NCBI GenBank assembly: GCA_036679645.1
Contig: JAZDCY010000056.1
Location: 64,001-128,000, forward strand
DNA: 64,000 nt
Origin: Gemmatimonadota bacterium
GTDB lineage: Bacteria > Gemmatimonadota > Gemmatimonadetes > Gemmatimonadales > GWC2-71-9
Direction: 5' to 3'
The notes below the pieces were generated by a model that was given only the letters and a program-made list of their open reading frames with translations, was not told the origin of the DNA and did no database searches. A program made the position numbers and the translations under genes. Positions 9,894 to 20,549 of this stretch are shown here, piece after piece; within the stretch, counting starts at the first letter, position 1, and the number at the start of each line of letters is the position of its first letter.

Positions 9894-11522
9894 GTGCCTT
9901 TGGCTGTTTTCAAGCTATTCAGCACCGGCGGCGATCAGACGATCGACGTGCCCGAACACGGCGCACTGGTCGTCGGCCGGGCTGCGACAAGCGACGTTCC
10001 GATCTACGACCCCACGATCTCGCGGCGCCACGCGGAGATCGCCATGGGGGCGACCGGCGTGTCGATACGCGACCTCGGCTCGAGTAACGGCACGTTCCTC
10101 AACGGATCGCGTGTCACCGAAGCCGAGGCCACCGACGGCGACGTGCTCGCGTTCGGGAAAGTGGCGTTCCACGTCCGTGAGGTCACTGCTCCAACAGCCA
10201 AACCCCCGCCGGAGCCGGCGAGCGCGTTTCCGGGCGCGCCACCAAGCGCCACCATCGTTCGCCGTATCGAAGCAGACAAGGGTGGTCTCGAGGAGAAAGT
10301 CAAAGACCGCATTAGCGGCGACGTTGAGGTCGCGACGAGCGAGTTGTCGCACGAGGAACGGCAGGCGCGCAAGCTATCGCTCCTCCTCGAGATCTCCAAG
10401 GAACTGTCCCGCCAACAGGAAACCGATCAGCTACTCGAGAAAGTCGTCGATATCACGTTCAAGGTGATGGACGTTGACCGTGTCTCCGTACTGATGGTGG
10501 ACGGGGACTCTGGCGAACTGATCCCGCGCATGTATCGCAACCGCCTGGGCGACGGAGCCAGCGGTGGCCCAGGGACGCGGCACGTGCCGCGTTCGATAGC
10601 ACAGCGCGCCGTCGACGAGCGCCTCGCTATTCTCACGGATAACGCGGCCGCCGACGAGCGGTTCAAGGGTAAGTCGATCTTGATGCAGAGCGTGCGGTCC
10701 GCAATGTGTGCCCCGCTCATGGGGAGCGAGGGTACGGTCCTCGGGCTGATCTACGTCGACAACATGACCGCCACGCACTCCTTCAGCGACGAGGATCTCG
10801 AGTTTCTCATCGCGTTCTCCGGTATCGCGGCGGTCGCGATCGAAAACGGCCAGCTTACTGAACGAGTGCAACGTGAAGCCGTCGTCCTCTCGAATTTCCA
10901 GCGGTACTTCGCTCCGAACCTGGCCGAGCAGATTGCTCAGCAGGAAGGCGAGGTGCAGCTCGGCGGCGCGAAAAAACCGGTCGTCGTTTTCTTCAGCGAC
11001 ATCCGCGGATTCACCGCAATGTCGGAGACGATGCTGCCGGACGAGATCGCCAAGCTCCTCAATGAGTATTTCACCGAGATGGTCGCGATCGTCTTCGAAC
11101 ACGGCGGTACGCTCGACAAGTTCATGGGTGACGCGGTTATGGCGCTGTGGGGCGCACCCATCCCCCACGACGATGACGCCGATAGGGCGATCATTGCGGC
11201 CATCAAGATGCAGCAGATTCTTCTCGAGCTGAATGCAAAGTGGACCGCCGACGGTCGGCAAACCATCGAGATCGGTATCGGGATCAGTTTTGGTGAGGTG
11301 TTCGCGGGCAACATCGGCAGCGAGCAACGGCTCGAGTATACCGTGCTGGGCGACACCGTGAACGTTGCATCGCGCCTCTGCTCGAAAGCGGGACCCGGGG
11401 ACATCATCATCTCCGAGCCGCTTTTCAAGGCTCTGAAGACAGCACCCGACGTCGAACAACTCGAGCCGATGGATTTGAAAGGAAAGGCGAAGGCCGTTCC
11501 CGTCTATCGCGTGAAGGTGTAG
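9894..11522 (+). CDS. FHA-GAF-class III adenylate/guanylate cyclase
   Basis: FHA motifs GR, SRRHA, DLGSSNGT; GAF (SAMCAPL, GLIYVD); cyclase FSDIRGFT, DKFMGDAVM, YTVLGDTVNVASRL. Confidence 0.93.
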   Translation: MPLAVFKLFSTGGDQTIDVPEHGALVVGRAATSDVPIYDPTISRRHAEIAMGATGVSIRDLGSSNGTFLNGSRVTEAEATDGDVLAFGKVAFHVREVTAPTAKPPPEPASAFPGAPPSATIVRRIEADKGGLEEKVKDRISGDVEVATSELSHEERQARKLSLLLEISKELSRQQETDQLLEKVVDITFKVMDVDRVSVLMVDGDSGELIPRMYRNRLGDGASGGPGTRHVPRSIAQRAVDERLAILTDNAAADERFKGKSILMQSVRSAMCAPLMGSEGTVLGLIYVDNMTATHSFSDEDLEFLIAFSGIAAVAIENGQLTERVQREAVVLSNFQRYFAPNLAEQIAQQEGEVQLGGAKKPVVVFFSDIRGFTAMSETMLPDEIAKLLNEYFTEMVAIVFEHGGTLDKFMGDAVMALWGAPIPHDDDADRAIIAAIKMQQILLELNAKWTADGRQTIEIGIGISFGEVFAGNIGSEQRLEYTVLGDTVNVASRLCSKAGPGDIIISEPLFKALKTAPDVEQLEPMDLKGKAKAVPVYRVKV

Positions 11523-12076
11523 GGCCGTCCCGCCGCCGCCAGCAGATCCACCACCAATCTGAGCGGCAATCCGATCACACCGAAGTAGTCGCCCTCGATC
11601 CGTTCGACCAGCACAGTGCCGAGTCCCTGGAGACCGTAACTCCCCGCCTTGTCGAGCGGCTCGCCCGTCGCTACATAGTCGCGGATCAAGATCGGCGTCA
11701 GCGGGCGAAACCACACGCGCGTCTCGTCCACACGTTCCAACACTCGTCCGTCAAACGCGAGTGCCACGGCCGTGATCACCTGATGCTCCCTCCCCGACAT
11801 GCGCGAGAGCATAGCCTCGGCATCGCCCGGGGAGTGTGGTTTTCCCAGCATGCAACCGTCGAGCACCACCACAGTGTCCGCACCCAGCACATACGCGCCG
11901 GGGTGTCGCCGCGCCACGGCCACGGCCTTCTCCTGTGCCAACCGAAGGGCGTGGGCCCTGGGCGCTTCACCCTGTGCCGGTGTTTCGTCCAGTTGGGCGG
12001 GATCGACCTCGTGGGCAATCCCCAGTTTCGTCAACAACTCGGTCCGTCGTGGAGACCTCGATGCCAGAACGATCAT
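11504..12076 (-). CDS. maf: Maf-family nucleoside triphosphate pyrophosphatase
   Basis: [34 protein letters not shown]. Confidence 0.93.
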   Translation of the reverse strand: MIVLASRSPRRTELLTKLGIAHEVDPAQLDETPAQGEAPRAHALRLAQEKAVAVARRHPGAYVLGADTVVVLDGCMLGKPHSPGDAEAMLSRMSGREHQVITAVALAFDGRVLERVDETRVWFRPLTPILIRDYVATGEPLDKAGSYGLQGLGTVLVERIEGDYFGVIGLPLRLVVDLLAAAGRPYTFTR

Positions 12077-12510
12077 CGTTCCAGCAGCAAGGTGACGGGC
12101 CCGTCGTTCACCAGTGCGACATCCATCATCGCTCCAAAGGTACCCGTTGCCACCTCCACACCCAGCAGTCGCAGGCGCTGCGCGAAACGCTCGCAGAGCG
12201 GCCGCGCCACGTCGGGAGGAGCGGCATGCACGAATGACGGCCGCCGGCCCTTTCGTGCATCGCCATAGAGTGTGAACTGCGAGACCACGAGCACCCCACC
12301 GCCTACATCGACCAGCGATCGGTTCAGCTTGCCTTCGTCATCGGGGAAGAGGCGAAGCGTGAGGATCTTCTCCGCCATCCAGTCGGTCTCGCCCGGACCG
12401 TCGCTGTGGGTGATGCCGACCAGCGCCAGGTAGCCCCGCCCAACAGCGCCGACAACGTGACCGTCCACGGTGACGGAGGCTAGGGCGACGCGTTGGAGGA
12501 CCACCCTCAC
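12073..12510 (-). CDS. dtd: D-aminoacyl-tRNA deacylase
   Basis: [38 protein letters not shown]. Confidence 0.96.
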   Translation of the reverse strand: MRVVLQRVALASVTVDGHVVGAVGRGYLALVGITHSDGPGETDWMAEKILTLRLFPDDEGKLNRSLVDVGGGVLVVSQFTLYGDARKGRRPSFVHAAPPDVARPLCERFAQRLRLLGVEVATGTFGAMMDVALVNDGPVTLLLER

Positions 12511-12567
12511 CTCACCGCCCCGACCCCGCCCCCCAGCCCGGTGGAAAGGCGGAAAGCCTTCCCGGCA

Positions 12568-14394
12568 TCACTCGACCGTTACCGACTTCGCGAGATTCCT
12601 CGGTTTGTCGACGTCACAGCCGCGCAGGACCGCAATGTGATACGCCAGCAGTTGCAACGGGAGCACCGTCAGAATGGGTGTCAACGAATCGATCGTGTGG
12701 GGAATGGCAATGTAGTGATCGGCCAGTTCCGCGATCTCGTCGTCGCCTTCGGTAATGACGGCAATGATCTGGCCGCGCCGGGCGCGGACCTCCTGCACGT
12801 TGGAGACGATCTTCTGATGGACGCTATCGCGCGGAGCTACCACCACTACCGGCATCTGCTCGTCGATCAGCGCAATGGGACCGTGTTTCATTTCCGCTGC
12901 GGGATACCCTTCCGCGTGGATATACGAGATCTCCTTGAGTTTCAACGCGCCCTCGAGCGCCACCGGGAAGTTGTACCCGCGCCCCAGGTAGAGAGCGTTG
13001 GGGACGTCGGCGAGCCCGCGGGCCAGCTCTTGGATGGCACCGCCCTGCCGCAAGACACGCTCGATCTGGTCGGGAAGCTGCTGGAGCGCAGAGACAATCT
13101 CGCGACCCTGGAGAACCGAGAGTGACCGAAGGCGCCCAATCCGCAGCGTCAGCAAGGCAAGCGCCGTTACCTGACACGTAAAGGCCTTGGTACTCGCCAC
13201 GCCGATCTCCGGACCGGCGTGCAGGTAGATCCCGCAATCGGTTTCGCGAGCGATGGTACTGCCAACCACGTTCACGATCCCGGCCGTGCGCGCCCCACGT
13301 TGTTTGGCTTCCCGAATCGCGGCGAGCGTGTCCGCCGTCTCTCCGCTTTGGGAGATCCCGATGACGAGCGTTTTCTCGTCGAGGATGGGATTGCGGTACC
13401 GAAACTCCGAGGCGTACTCGACTTCCACGGGAATCCGCGCCAGCTCCTCCAACAGGTACTCGCCGATCAACGCTGAATGCCAGGACGTGCCGCAAGCCGT
13501 GAGCACAATACGGTCGATCGCCAGGAGTTCGTCGTCGGACATGGTGATGCCGCCAAGGCGGGCGGTGCCCTCGCCCTCGAGCAGGCGTCCCCGCATCGTG
13601 TCGCGCACGCTGGCGGCCTGCTCCATGATTTCCTTCATCATGAAGTGGTCGTAGCCGCCGCGCTCGACCGTTTCCTGATCCCACTCGATGATGTTCACCG
13701 CCTTGTCGACCTTCGCGGTGTCGAGATCCAGAATCTGGTAGCCATCGGGCTGCAAAACGGCCACCTCGCCATCGTCCAGGTAAACCACGGACCGAGTGTG
13801 CTCGAGCAGCGCAGCGGCGTCGGACGCGACAAAGTTCTCGCCATCACCCAGCCCTACCAGGATTGGCGAGCCCTTTCGCGCAGCGACGAGCGTGTCGGGA
13901 TTGCGCGCTGAGATGACAGCCAGACCGTATGCACCCTCGACCAGGCGGAGCGCGGCTACAACCGCATCTTCCAGAAACTCGCAGTGGTACTCCTCAATCA
14001 GGTGCGCAAGCACCTCGGTGTCGGTTTGCGAGCGGAAGGTGTGGCCACGTTGGGCCAGCATCAGCCGCAGTTCGCTGGCGTTCTCGATGATGCCGTTATG
14101 CACGAGCGCGATGGTCCCGCCACAGTCGGTGTGCGGGTGCGCGTTCGCCTCGGAGGGGACGCCATGCGTGGCCCATCGCGTGTGAGCGATCACCGTGTGC
14201 CCGTCAGGAAACGACCCGTTGAGATGCCGCTCGAGCGCGGCAATCCGCCCTTCCGCCCTTTCGACCACGAGCGTCTTGTCCGCCACTGCCGCCAGACCGG
14301 CGGAGTCGTAACCCCGGTACTCGAGAGTCTTCAGAGCCTCGATCGCAAGGTGTGCGCCGTTCCTGCGACCAACATATCCAACAATTCCACACAT
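12568..14394 (-). CDS. glmS: Glutamine--fructose-6-phosphate aminotransferase (isomerizing)
   Basis: MCGIVG, EYRGYDSAG, HTRWATHG, SQSGETADT, C-terminal KPRNLAKSVTVE. Confidence 0.98.
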   Translation of the reverse strand: MCGIVGYVGRRNGAHLAIEALKTLEYRGYDSAGLAAVADKTLVVERAEGRIAALERHLNGSFPDGHTVIAHTRWATHGVPSEANAHPHTDCGGTIALVHNGIIENASELRLMLAQRGHTFRSQTDTEVLAHLIEEYHCEFLEDAVVAALRLVEGAYGLAVISARNPDTLVAARKGSPILVGLGDGENFVASDAAALLEHTRSVVYLDDGEVAVLQPDGYQILDLDTAKVDKAVNIIEWDQETVERGGYDHFMMKEIMEQAASVRDTMRGRLLEGEGTARLGGITMSDDELLAIDRIVLTACGTSWHSALIGEYLLEELARIPVEVEYASEFRYRNPILDEKTLVIGISQSGETADTLAAIREAKQRGARTAGIVNVVGSTIARETDCGIYLHAGPEIGVASTKAFTCQVTALALLTLRIGRLRSLSVLQGREIVSALQQLPDQIERVLRQGGAIQELARGLADVPNALYLGRGYNFPVALEGALKLKEISYIHAEGYPAAEMKHGPIALIDEQMPVVVVAPRDSVHQKIVSNVQEVRARRGQIIAVITEGDDEIAELADHYIAIPHTIDSLTPILTVLPLQLLAYHIAVLRGCDVDKPRNLAKSVTVE

Positions 14395-14408
14395 AGGATT
14401 CCCTTGGC

Positions 14409-15770
14409 TTAGGTGCCGGCGATCGCTTCACGGGCCGCGGCGACGAGATCGTCTGCAGCCTCACGCGTGGGCGCCTCGGCAATGAGCCGAACGATGGGCT
14501 CGGTACCCGACGGGCGGATGTGCACCCACCGGTCCGGCCACGCGAGGCGTAGCCCATCCTGTCGGTCGCGCTCGGCATCCGGATACTGCTGCTCGAGGTG
14601 CTTGTACACCGGCTGCAGGTCTCCGCCCCGCGGCGCCTTGGCCTTCACGATCGCGTACCGAGGTCGGCTCTCGACCCGTCCCGCTATGGTACTGCCGTCG
14701 GCGGCCAGGAGATCGAGCACCAGGGCAGCCGCCAGTGGGGCGTCGCGCCCGAGATGGAGGACCGGAAGCATCACGCCTCCGTTCCCCTCACCACCGATGA
14801 CTGCCCCAGCTGCCTGCATAGCGCGGGCCACGTTCGCCTCGCCCACCGGTGCCCGGGCCACAGACGCCCCGTAGGCGTTCGCCGCATCGTCCACGACCAG
14901 CGAGGTCGAGAGATTCACGACGACCGGGCCGGGCCCCCGCCGGAGCACGTTCTCTACCGCGAACGCGAGTGTGTAGTCCTCTCCGATCGGCGTGCCCATG
15001 CCATCGACCAGGGCAAGCCGGTCCACGTCTGGATCCACCGCCATCCCAAGATTGGCTCCGACCCGACGTACCTCGTCGCCCAATCGCCCTAGGTGCTCCG
15101 GGACCGGCTCAGGGGACCTCGGGAAAAGACCATCGGTTTCGAGGTCGATTCCGACCACCGTGCATCCCAAAGCATCGAGCAGCCTGGGCATTGTGGTGCC
15201 ACCGGCTCCGCGCACACAATCGAGAGCGACTGTAAAGTGTTGTGACCTAATGGCTTCCGTGTCGACATACGAGAGGTCGAGGATCTGACTTAGGTGCCGC
15301 TCGATCGCATCACCATCGGGCACTATTTCGCCAATCCCGTCCCACCCCACCCGCGGAATCGTTCCGTCCGCCCCATCGACCACCTTGCGACCAGTCTCGG
15401 CGTCGAGGAAAAGACCGTCCGCCCCGACGAACTTCAGGGCATTCCACTCGATGGGGTTGTGGCTTGCCGTGATGATTATCGCGCCACCAGCACCATGGTG
15501 CTCGACGGCCAACTGCGCTGTGGGCGTGGGAATCATGCCGCAATCGATTACGCGGCATCCGACAGACTGGAGGCCGGTCCGTGCGGCGGCCGCGAACATG
15601 GGCCCGGAGGTCCGCGAATCGCGCGCGAGCACCACGGCCGGCCGGCCCGCATCCTGGGCTAGCACGCCGAATGCCGCCGCGTAGCGCGCGACGATATCGG
15701 GGGTGAGATCGGTGCCGACGATACCGCGTACGCCGGACACGGAGATGATCAGAGTCGAATTGCCGGGCAT
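14409..15770 (-). CDS. glmM: Phosphoglucosamine mutase (alpha-D-phosphohexomutase family)
   Basis: SGVRG, TASHNP, DPDVDR, GGEGNGG, RPSGTEP; directly upstream of glmS. Confidence 0.88.
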   Translation of the reverse strand: MPGNSTLIISVSGVRGIVGTDLTPDIVARYAAAFGVLAQDAGRPAVVLARDSRTSGPMFAAAARTGLQSVGCRVIDCGMIPTPTAQLAVEHHGAGGAIIITASHNPIEWNALKFVGADGLFLDAETGRKVVDGADGTIPRVGWDGIGEIVPDGDAIERHLSQILDLSYVDTEAIRSQHFTVALDCVRGAGGTTMPRLLDALGCTVVGIDLETDGLFPRSPEPVPEHLGRLGDEVRRVGANLGMAVDPDVDRLALVDGMGTPIGEDYTLAFAVENVLRRGPGPVVVNLSTSLVVDDAANAYGASVARAPVGEANVARAMQAAGAVIGGEGNGGVMLPVLHLGRDAPLAAALVLDLLAADGSTIAGRVESRPRYAIVKAKAPRGGDLQPVYKHLEQQYPDAERDRQDGLRLAWPDRWVHIRPSGTEPIVRLIAEAPTREAADDLVAAAREAIAGT

Positions 15771-15787
15771 TCCTGCCCTTGAAGGAA

Positions 15788-16969
15788 TTAGCCGGTGGCA
15801 GGAACCGCAATACCCGCGCCAGCCAGGCGGCGCGGCAGACGGCGCCAGGCCCGCCGTGGCGTCGCGATGGGCAGGATACCTATCTCCGGATAAGCGGCGA
15901 CGAACGTAGCCACGATCGTCTGGTCGAACTGGGCCCCGCTGTTGGCGCTGAGTTCTCTCAGTGCGGTATCTGGGCTCATGCTCGGACGGTACGACCGAAC
16001 GGTCGTCATCGCATCAAAGGCATCGACAACCGACACCAGCCTCGCGTTGAGGGGAATCTCCTCACCCTTCAGCCCGTCGGGCAGGCCGCGGCCGTCCATC
16101 CGCTCGTGGTGAGACCTGACCGTGCCGAGGACAGCCGGCACGTCCCGCAGAAGCGGAGCCATGATACGCGCCCCGATCACCGTGTGTTGCATGATGTAGC
16201 GGTATTCCTCCTCGCTGAGGGCGCCCTGTTTGTTCAGGATGGCCTCCGACACGCCGATCTTGCCCACGTCGTGCAGTTCCGCGCCCAGCTCCACGAGCTG
16301 CACCTCGTCTTCCTCGAAACCAAGCCGGCGGGCCACGGCCCCGGCGTATGCGGCGACCCGCGTCGAGTGGCCCTGCGTGTACTGGTCCTTGGCCTCGAGC
16401 GCGTGTACGATGCTCTGAATGCCCTCGAGGAATAGCTCCTCAATGCGCAACCCCTGCTGCTGCACGAGTTCTGTGAGGCGGCGCTGATAACGCTGGTTTT
16501 CTAGCACCAGCCGCCGTTTCTCGGCCGCCTGAAGGACGCGGGCGTGAACCTCCTCGAGCTGAAACGGTTTGGCGATATAGTCATAGGCCCCTCGCCGCAG
16601 GCACCCGACAGCTGTCTCGACGTCGGACACGCCGGTTATCATGATCACGGCTACGTCCGGGTAGACTCGCCGCACCCGCTCGAGTAGCTCGATGCCGTTC
16701 ATTTCCGGCATCCGGACATCCGAGAGCACGACGTCGATGTCGGTGGAATCGAGGATCCCCAACGCCTGCCTCCCGGAAGAGGCTGCGATGCAGTCGTGCC
16801 CGAGTGCGCGGAGCGAGCCGAGAAGCGCGGATCGCAGCGTGGGATGGTCGTCGACGACCAGGCACTTGATCCCGGTCGCCGCCGCGCACGGGTGGGTCGG
16901 AGGTCGCGCCTTCTCAGACGCTCGCTTGCCGGTGGAAGAGCGCTCGATGTAGCTTCTCCCGTCACTCAC
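15788..16969 (-). CDS. Response regulator with HD-GYP phosphodiesterase domain (RpfG-like)
   Basis: REC (VVDD, DVRMPEMNG, YIAKPF) plus HD-GYP (KDQYTQGHS, HDVGKIG, HHERMDGRGLP). GTG 16969 has AGGAGG 10 nt upstream on the minus strand. Confidence 0.9.
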   Translation of the reverse strand: MSDGRSYIERSSTGKRASEKARPPTHPCAAATGIKCLVVDDHPTLRSALLGSLRALGHDCIAASSGRQALGILDSTDIDVVLSDVRMPEMNGIELLERVRRVYPDVAVIMITGVSDVETAVGCLRRGAYDYIAKPFQLEEVHARVLQAAEKRRLVLENQRYQRRLTELVQQQGLRIEELFLEGIQSIVHALEAKDQYTQGHSTRVAAYAGAVARRLGFEEDEVQLVELGAELHDVGKIGVSEAILNKQGALSEEEYRYIMQHTVIGARIMAPLLRDVPAVLGTVRSHHERMDGRGLPDGLKGEEIPLNARLVSVVDAFDAMTTVRSYRPSMSPDTALRELSANSGAQFDQTIVATFVAAYPEIGILPIATPRRAWRRLPRRLAGAGIAVPATG

Positions 16970-16987
16970 GCTTCGGCGACCTCCTAG

Positions 16988-18163
16988 ATGGCACGCGTAT
17001 ACGACGAGGATCTCCAGTTCGGCTTCAGCACGCGCAGCGTGCATGCCGGTCAGCGACCCGATGCGGTCTCGGGGGCAATCATGCCGCCCATCTATCAGAC
17101 CTCGACCTACGTCCAGGATGGTCTGGGGCGACACAAGGGATTCGAGTACGCGCGTACCCGAAACCCGACCCGGGATGTGCTGGAACGCAACATCGCGGCG
17201 TTGGAAGGTGGGCAATACGGTCTCGCCTGGTCTTCCGGTCTCGCCGCGACCGACGCGGTCCTGAAGCTATTATCGGCCGGGGACCACACTATCTGTGGCG
17301 AGAACGTCTACGGTGGCACGCACCGGCTCATGGAGCAGGTTTTTCGGCCGCTCGGACTCACCTTCTCATTTGTAGACACGAGGGACGTCGAGCACGTTGA
17401 GGCCGCCATCGGGTCCACCACCCGGATGGTATTCATAGAGACCCCGACCAACCCGATGATGCGGCTCGCCGACCTGTCGGCCATCGGCGAGTTGACCCGC
17501 GCGAAGGGTCTCATGTTCGTGGTGGACAACACGTTTGCCACCCCGTACCTGCAGCGCCCGCTCGAGTTTGGGGCCGACCTGGTGCTGCACTCCACGACCA
17601 AGTATCTGAACGGTCACAGCGACATGGTCGGTGGAGTGATAGTCACGTCGGACGCCGACCTGGCCGACCGGCTCGCCTTTCTCCAGAACGCGGCCGGGGC
17701 GATCCCGGGCCCGATGGACTGCTGGCTGGCACTGCGCGGCACCAAGACGCTGGCGCTGCGGATGCGCCAGCACGACAGCTCGGGGCGCCAGATCGCGGCC
17801 TGGCTGGACGCGCACCCGAAGGTGGAAACGGTCTACTACCCAGGACTCGAGAGCCATCCCCAGTACGAGCTCGCCTGCCGTCAGATGCGGGGGTTCGGCG
17901 GGATGGTATCGCTGGAACTCGGTTCGCTGGAACGGGCACGTGCCTTTGCCGAAGGCACGAAGATCTTCTCCCTGGCCGAGTCCCTGGGGGGAGTGGAGAG
18001 CCTCATTGGCCATCCTGCCAGCATGACACATGCGTCCGTGCCGAAAGAGATGCGGGAGGCCATGGGACTCACTGACGGGCTCGTCCGACTCTCGGTGGGC
18101 ATCGAAGAGCTGGACGATCTGCTGGCCGATCTGGAACAGACGATCAGTGGGATGGATGGTTGA
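16988..18163 (+). CDS. PLP-dependent cystathionine gamma-synthase/lyase (trans-sulfuration family)
   Basis: PPIYQTSTY, YARTRNPT, ETPTNP, VDNTF, HSTTKYLNGHSD, AESLGGVESL, RLSVGIE. Confidence 0.93.
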   Translation: MARVYDEDLQFGFSTRSVHAGQRPDAVSGAIMPPIYQTSTYVQDGLGRHKGFEYARTRNPTRDVLERNIAALEGGQYGLAWSSGLAATDAVLKLLSAGDHTICGENVYGGTHRLMEQVFRPLGLTFSFVDTRDVEHVEAAIGSTTRMVFIETPTNPMMRLADLSAIGELTRAKGLMFVVDNTFATPYLQRPLEFGADLVLHSTTKYLNGHSDMVGGVIVTSDADLADRLAFLQNAAGAIPGPMDCWLALRGTKTLALRMRQHDSSGRQIAAWLDAHPKVETVYYPGLESHPQYELACRQMRGFGGMVSLELGSLERARAFAEGTKIFSLAESLGGVESLIGHPASMTHASVPKEMREAMGLTDGLVRLSVGIEELDDLLADLEQTISGMDG

Positions 18164-18190
18164 CCGATGAACCCTGCCAAATTCCGTCTC

Positions 18191-18214
18191 GCTGAAACCG
18201 GCCTTTCAGCTTTG
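18191..18214 (+). terminator. Putative intrinsic terminator after the cystathionine synthase/lyase gene
   Basis: Hairpin GCTGAAA-ccggcc-TTTCAGC followed by TTTG. Confidence 0.45.
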
Positions 18215-18270
18215 CGTATGGTTTTGCAGGAAGCAGCAGAACCTCAACACCACGGTTTCCGGAGGCACTC

Positions 18271-19281
18271 ATGAGCGAAGCCACAGGTACTCCCACGGCC
18301 CGGCCGCGGGTAGTCCTGAAGGAGATCGCGCCAGACGCTTGGGAGCACTCGGCGGACCGCGCTGCGCTGAATGCGCTGCGCAAGGTTCCCGGGTTCGACG
18401 AGGCGGTCAAGCGCGTCTTTGGCTTTTTTGGCGAGCGCGGCATCCGCCTCATGTTCCAGGCGAACGCCGTCCGCGTTGGTCCCAAGCAGTTCCTCAAACT
18501 GCACCAGCTTCTGACCGAGGCGTGCGTGACCATGGACTGGGACGACCCGCCAGAGCTGTACGTCACCCAGACCCCCATGGTGAACGCCGGTGCGGTCGGG
18601 TTCGAGCATCCCTTCATTGTGATCAACTCGGGCGCGGTGAGCTTGCTCAACGACGACGAGATGCGCGTGCTGATCGGGCACGAGCTCGGGCACGTGATGA
18701 GCGGTCACGCGTTGTATCGGACGATCACGATCCTGATCCTGATGCTCGGGTTCCAGAACTTGCCCTTCCTGGCCGGTATCGCACTGATGCCCATCAAGCT
18801 GGCCCTGCTCGAGTGGTATCGGAAAAGCGAGCTATCGGCCGATCGCGCCGGCTTGCTCGCGAGCCAGGACCCTGACTCCTCGAAACGGCTGTTCCTCAAG
18901 TTCGCCGGTGGCGGTGACATGGAGCAGATGAACCTCGAGGCCTTCATGGAGCAGGCCCAGGAGTACGAAGAGAGTGGTGGCCCCCTCGATGCCATCTACA
19001 AGATCCTCAACACCATGGGGATGACCCATCCGTTCAGCACGCTGCGCGCTGCTGAGGTGCAGCGGTGGATCGAGTCGGGAACGTACGAGGAGATCCTGGG
19101 CGGGACCTACGAGCGTCGCGGGGCTGAGCAACAACAGGCGCACTCGTACGCGGGCGACCTGAAGGATGCCGCCACCCACTACGGGCAGGAAGTGAAGGAC
19201 GTGGCGTCATCAGTCACCGACGCCGCCAAGCGGGCGGCCGAAGCATTCACCTCGGCCTTCAAGGACTCCCGCAAGGAGTGA
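18271..19281 (+). CDS. M48 (HtpX/Ste24-like) zinc metallopeptidase
   Basis: HELGH, ELSADRAG, THP; RBS GGAGG upstream. Confidence 0.9.
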   Translation: MSEATGTPTARPRVVLKEIAPDAWEHSADRAALNALRKVPGFDEAVKRVFGFFGERGIRLMFQANAVRVGPKQFLKLHQLLTEACVTMDWDDPPELYVTQTPMVNAGAVGFEHPFIVINSGAVSLLNDDEMRVLIGHELGHVMSGHALYRTITILILMLGFQNLPFLAGIALMPIKLALLEWYRKSELSADRAGLLASQDPDSSKRLFLKFAGGGDMEQMNLEAFMEQAQEYEESGGPLDAIYKILNTMGMTHPFSTLRAAEVQRWIESGTYEEILGGTYERRGAEQQQAHSYAGDLKDAATHYGQEVKDVASSVTDAAKRAAEAFTSAFKDSRKE

Positions 19282-20549
19282 GGGTCCTAGTTGTCGGCGG
19301 GGGCGGCCGCGAGCACGCTCTCTGCTGGGCGCTGCGGTCCGGCGCTGAGATCTTCTGCGCTCCCGGCAACGCCGGTACCGACAACCACGCCACGAATCTG
19401 GCCGTAGACGTCTCCGATCACGATGCGGTGATCGAGACGATCGTTTCCCACCACATAGATCTCACTGTAGTGGGCCCCGAGGCGCCGCTGGCGGCGGGGC
19501 TCGCCGACCGTCTGGCGGCCGCCGGCCGGGCGGTGTTCGGGCCCTCGGCAGGAGCTGCGCAGATCGAGGCATCAAAAGCATTCGCCAAGAGGGTCATGAC
19601 GGACGCCGGCGTTCCAACGGCGGCCGCGGCGGTCTTTACGAACGCAGATAAGGCCATCGGATACATCAGAGGACATGATGAGCCCTTGGTCGTGAAGGCG
19701 TCCGGGCTCGCAGGTGGCAAGGGTGCCGTCGTCTGCCAGACGCGGGCGGAAGCCATCGCCGCCGCCACCGCCATGTTCGGTGGCCGCTTCGGGGACGCCG
19801 GAGCGGAGGTCGTCGTGGAAGATCTTCTCGTGGGCGAGGAACTGTCGGTCTTCGCGCTGACCGACGGCGAGCAGTGCTGTCTCCTCCCCGCGTCGCAGGA
19901 TCACAAGCGGATCGGCGAAGGTGACACGGGACCCAACACCGGCGGGATGGGGGCCTACGCGCCCGTGTCGATCGCGACCCCGGATCTCATGGCGCGGGTT
20001 GAGCGAGAGGTCATCCTCCCTACCTTACGGCAACTGAGCGAGCTGGGCACCCCGTATCGCGGCGTGCTGTACGCCGGCCTCATGATCTCGCCGGCCGGCG
20101 ACCTGTCCGTGATCGAGTTCAATTGCCGATTCGGCGATCCCGAGACGCAGGTAGTCCTGCCGGTCATCGAGGGCGACCTGCTGGATCAACTCTGGCGTAT
20201 CGGCGCAGGCGAGGACTGGACCCCGCCGAAGCTTCCCGCGGCACGAGCGGCAGTCACGACGGTCGTGGCCGCGGCCGGGTATCCGGACACACCTGAGAAG
20301 GGCGCCGTCATCAACATCCCGCGAATCACCCCGGACGACACTGTGCTCTTTCACGCTGGCACCGGTAAGGACGCGGACGGAACGCTGCGCGTCTCCGGCG
20401 GGCGGGTACTGTGTGCCACCGGGTTCGGACCGACCGTGGCGCAGGCGGCTGAAGCGAGTCGCACGCTCGCAGACGCGATCGAATTCGAGGGCGCGCAATA
20501 CCGGCGCGACATCGCCTGGCGAGAGGTCGCCCGTGCCGGAGTTGCCTGA
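19278..20549 (+). CDS. purD: Phosphoribosylamine--glycine ligase
   Basis: GGGGREHAL, APGNAG, VGPEAPL, DHKR, GPNTGGMGAY, EFNCRFGDPETQ. Confidence 0.97.
   Translation: MRVLVVGGGGREHALCWALRSGAEIFCAPGNAGTDNHATNLAVDVSDHDAVIETIVSHHIDLTVVGPEAPLAAGLADRLAAAGRAVFGPSAGAAQIEASKAFAKRVMTDAGVPTAAAAVFTNADKAIGYIRGHDEPLVVKASGLAGGKGAVVCQTRAEAIAAATAMFGGRFGDAGAEVVVEDLLVGEELSVFALTDGEQCCLLPASQDHKRIGEGDTGPNTGGMGAYAPVSIATPDLMARVEREVILPTLRQLSELGTPYRGVLYAGLMISPAGDLSVIEFNCRFGDPETQVVLPVIEGDLLDQLWRIGAGEDWTPPKLPAARAAVTTVVAAAGYPDTPEKGAVINIPRITPDDTVLFHAGTGKDADGTLRVSGGRVLCATGFGPTVAQAAEASRTLADAIEFEGAQYRRDIAWREVARAGVA

Noticed and set aside
14395..14408. glmS ribozyme
   Set aside because: Only 14 bp separate glmM and glmS, leaving no room.
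18165..18270. c-di-GMP-I riboswitch-like words (GCAAAACC...CGCAAAGC on the minus strand)
   Set aside because: The GNRA-capped P2 stem is missing and the orientation does not lead a gene; a terminator hairpin explains it better.
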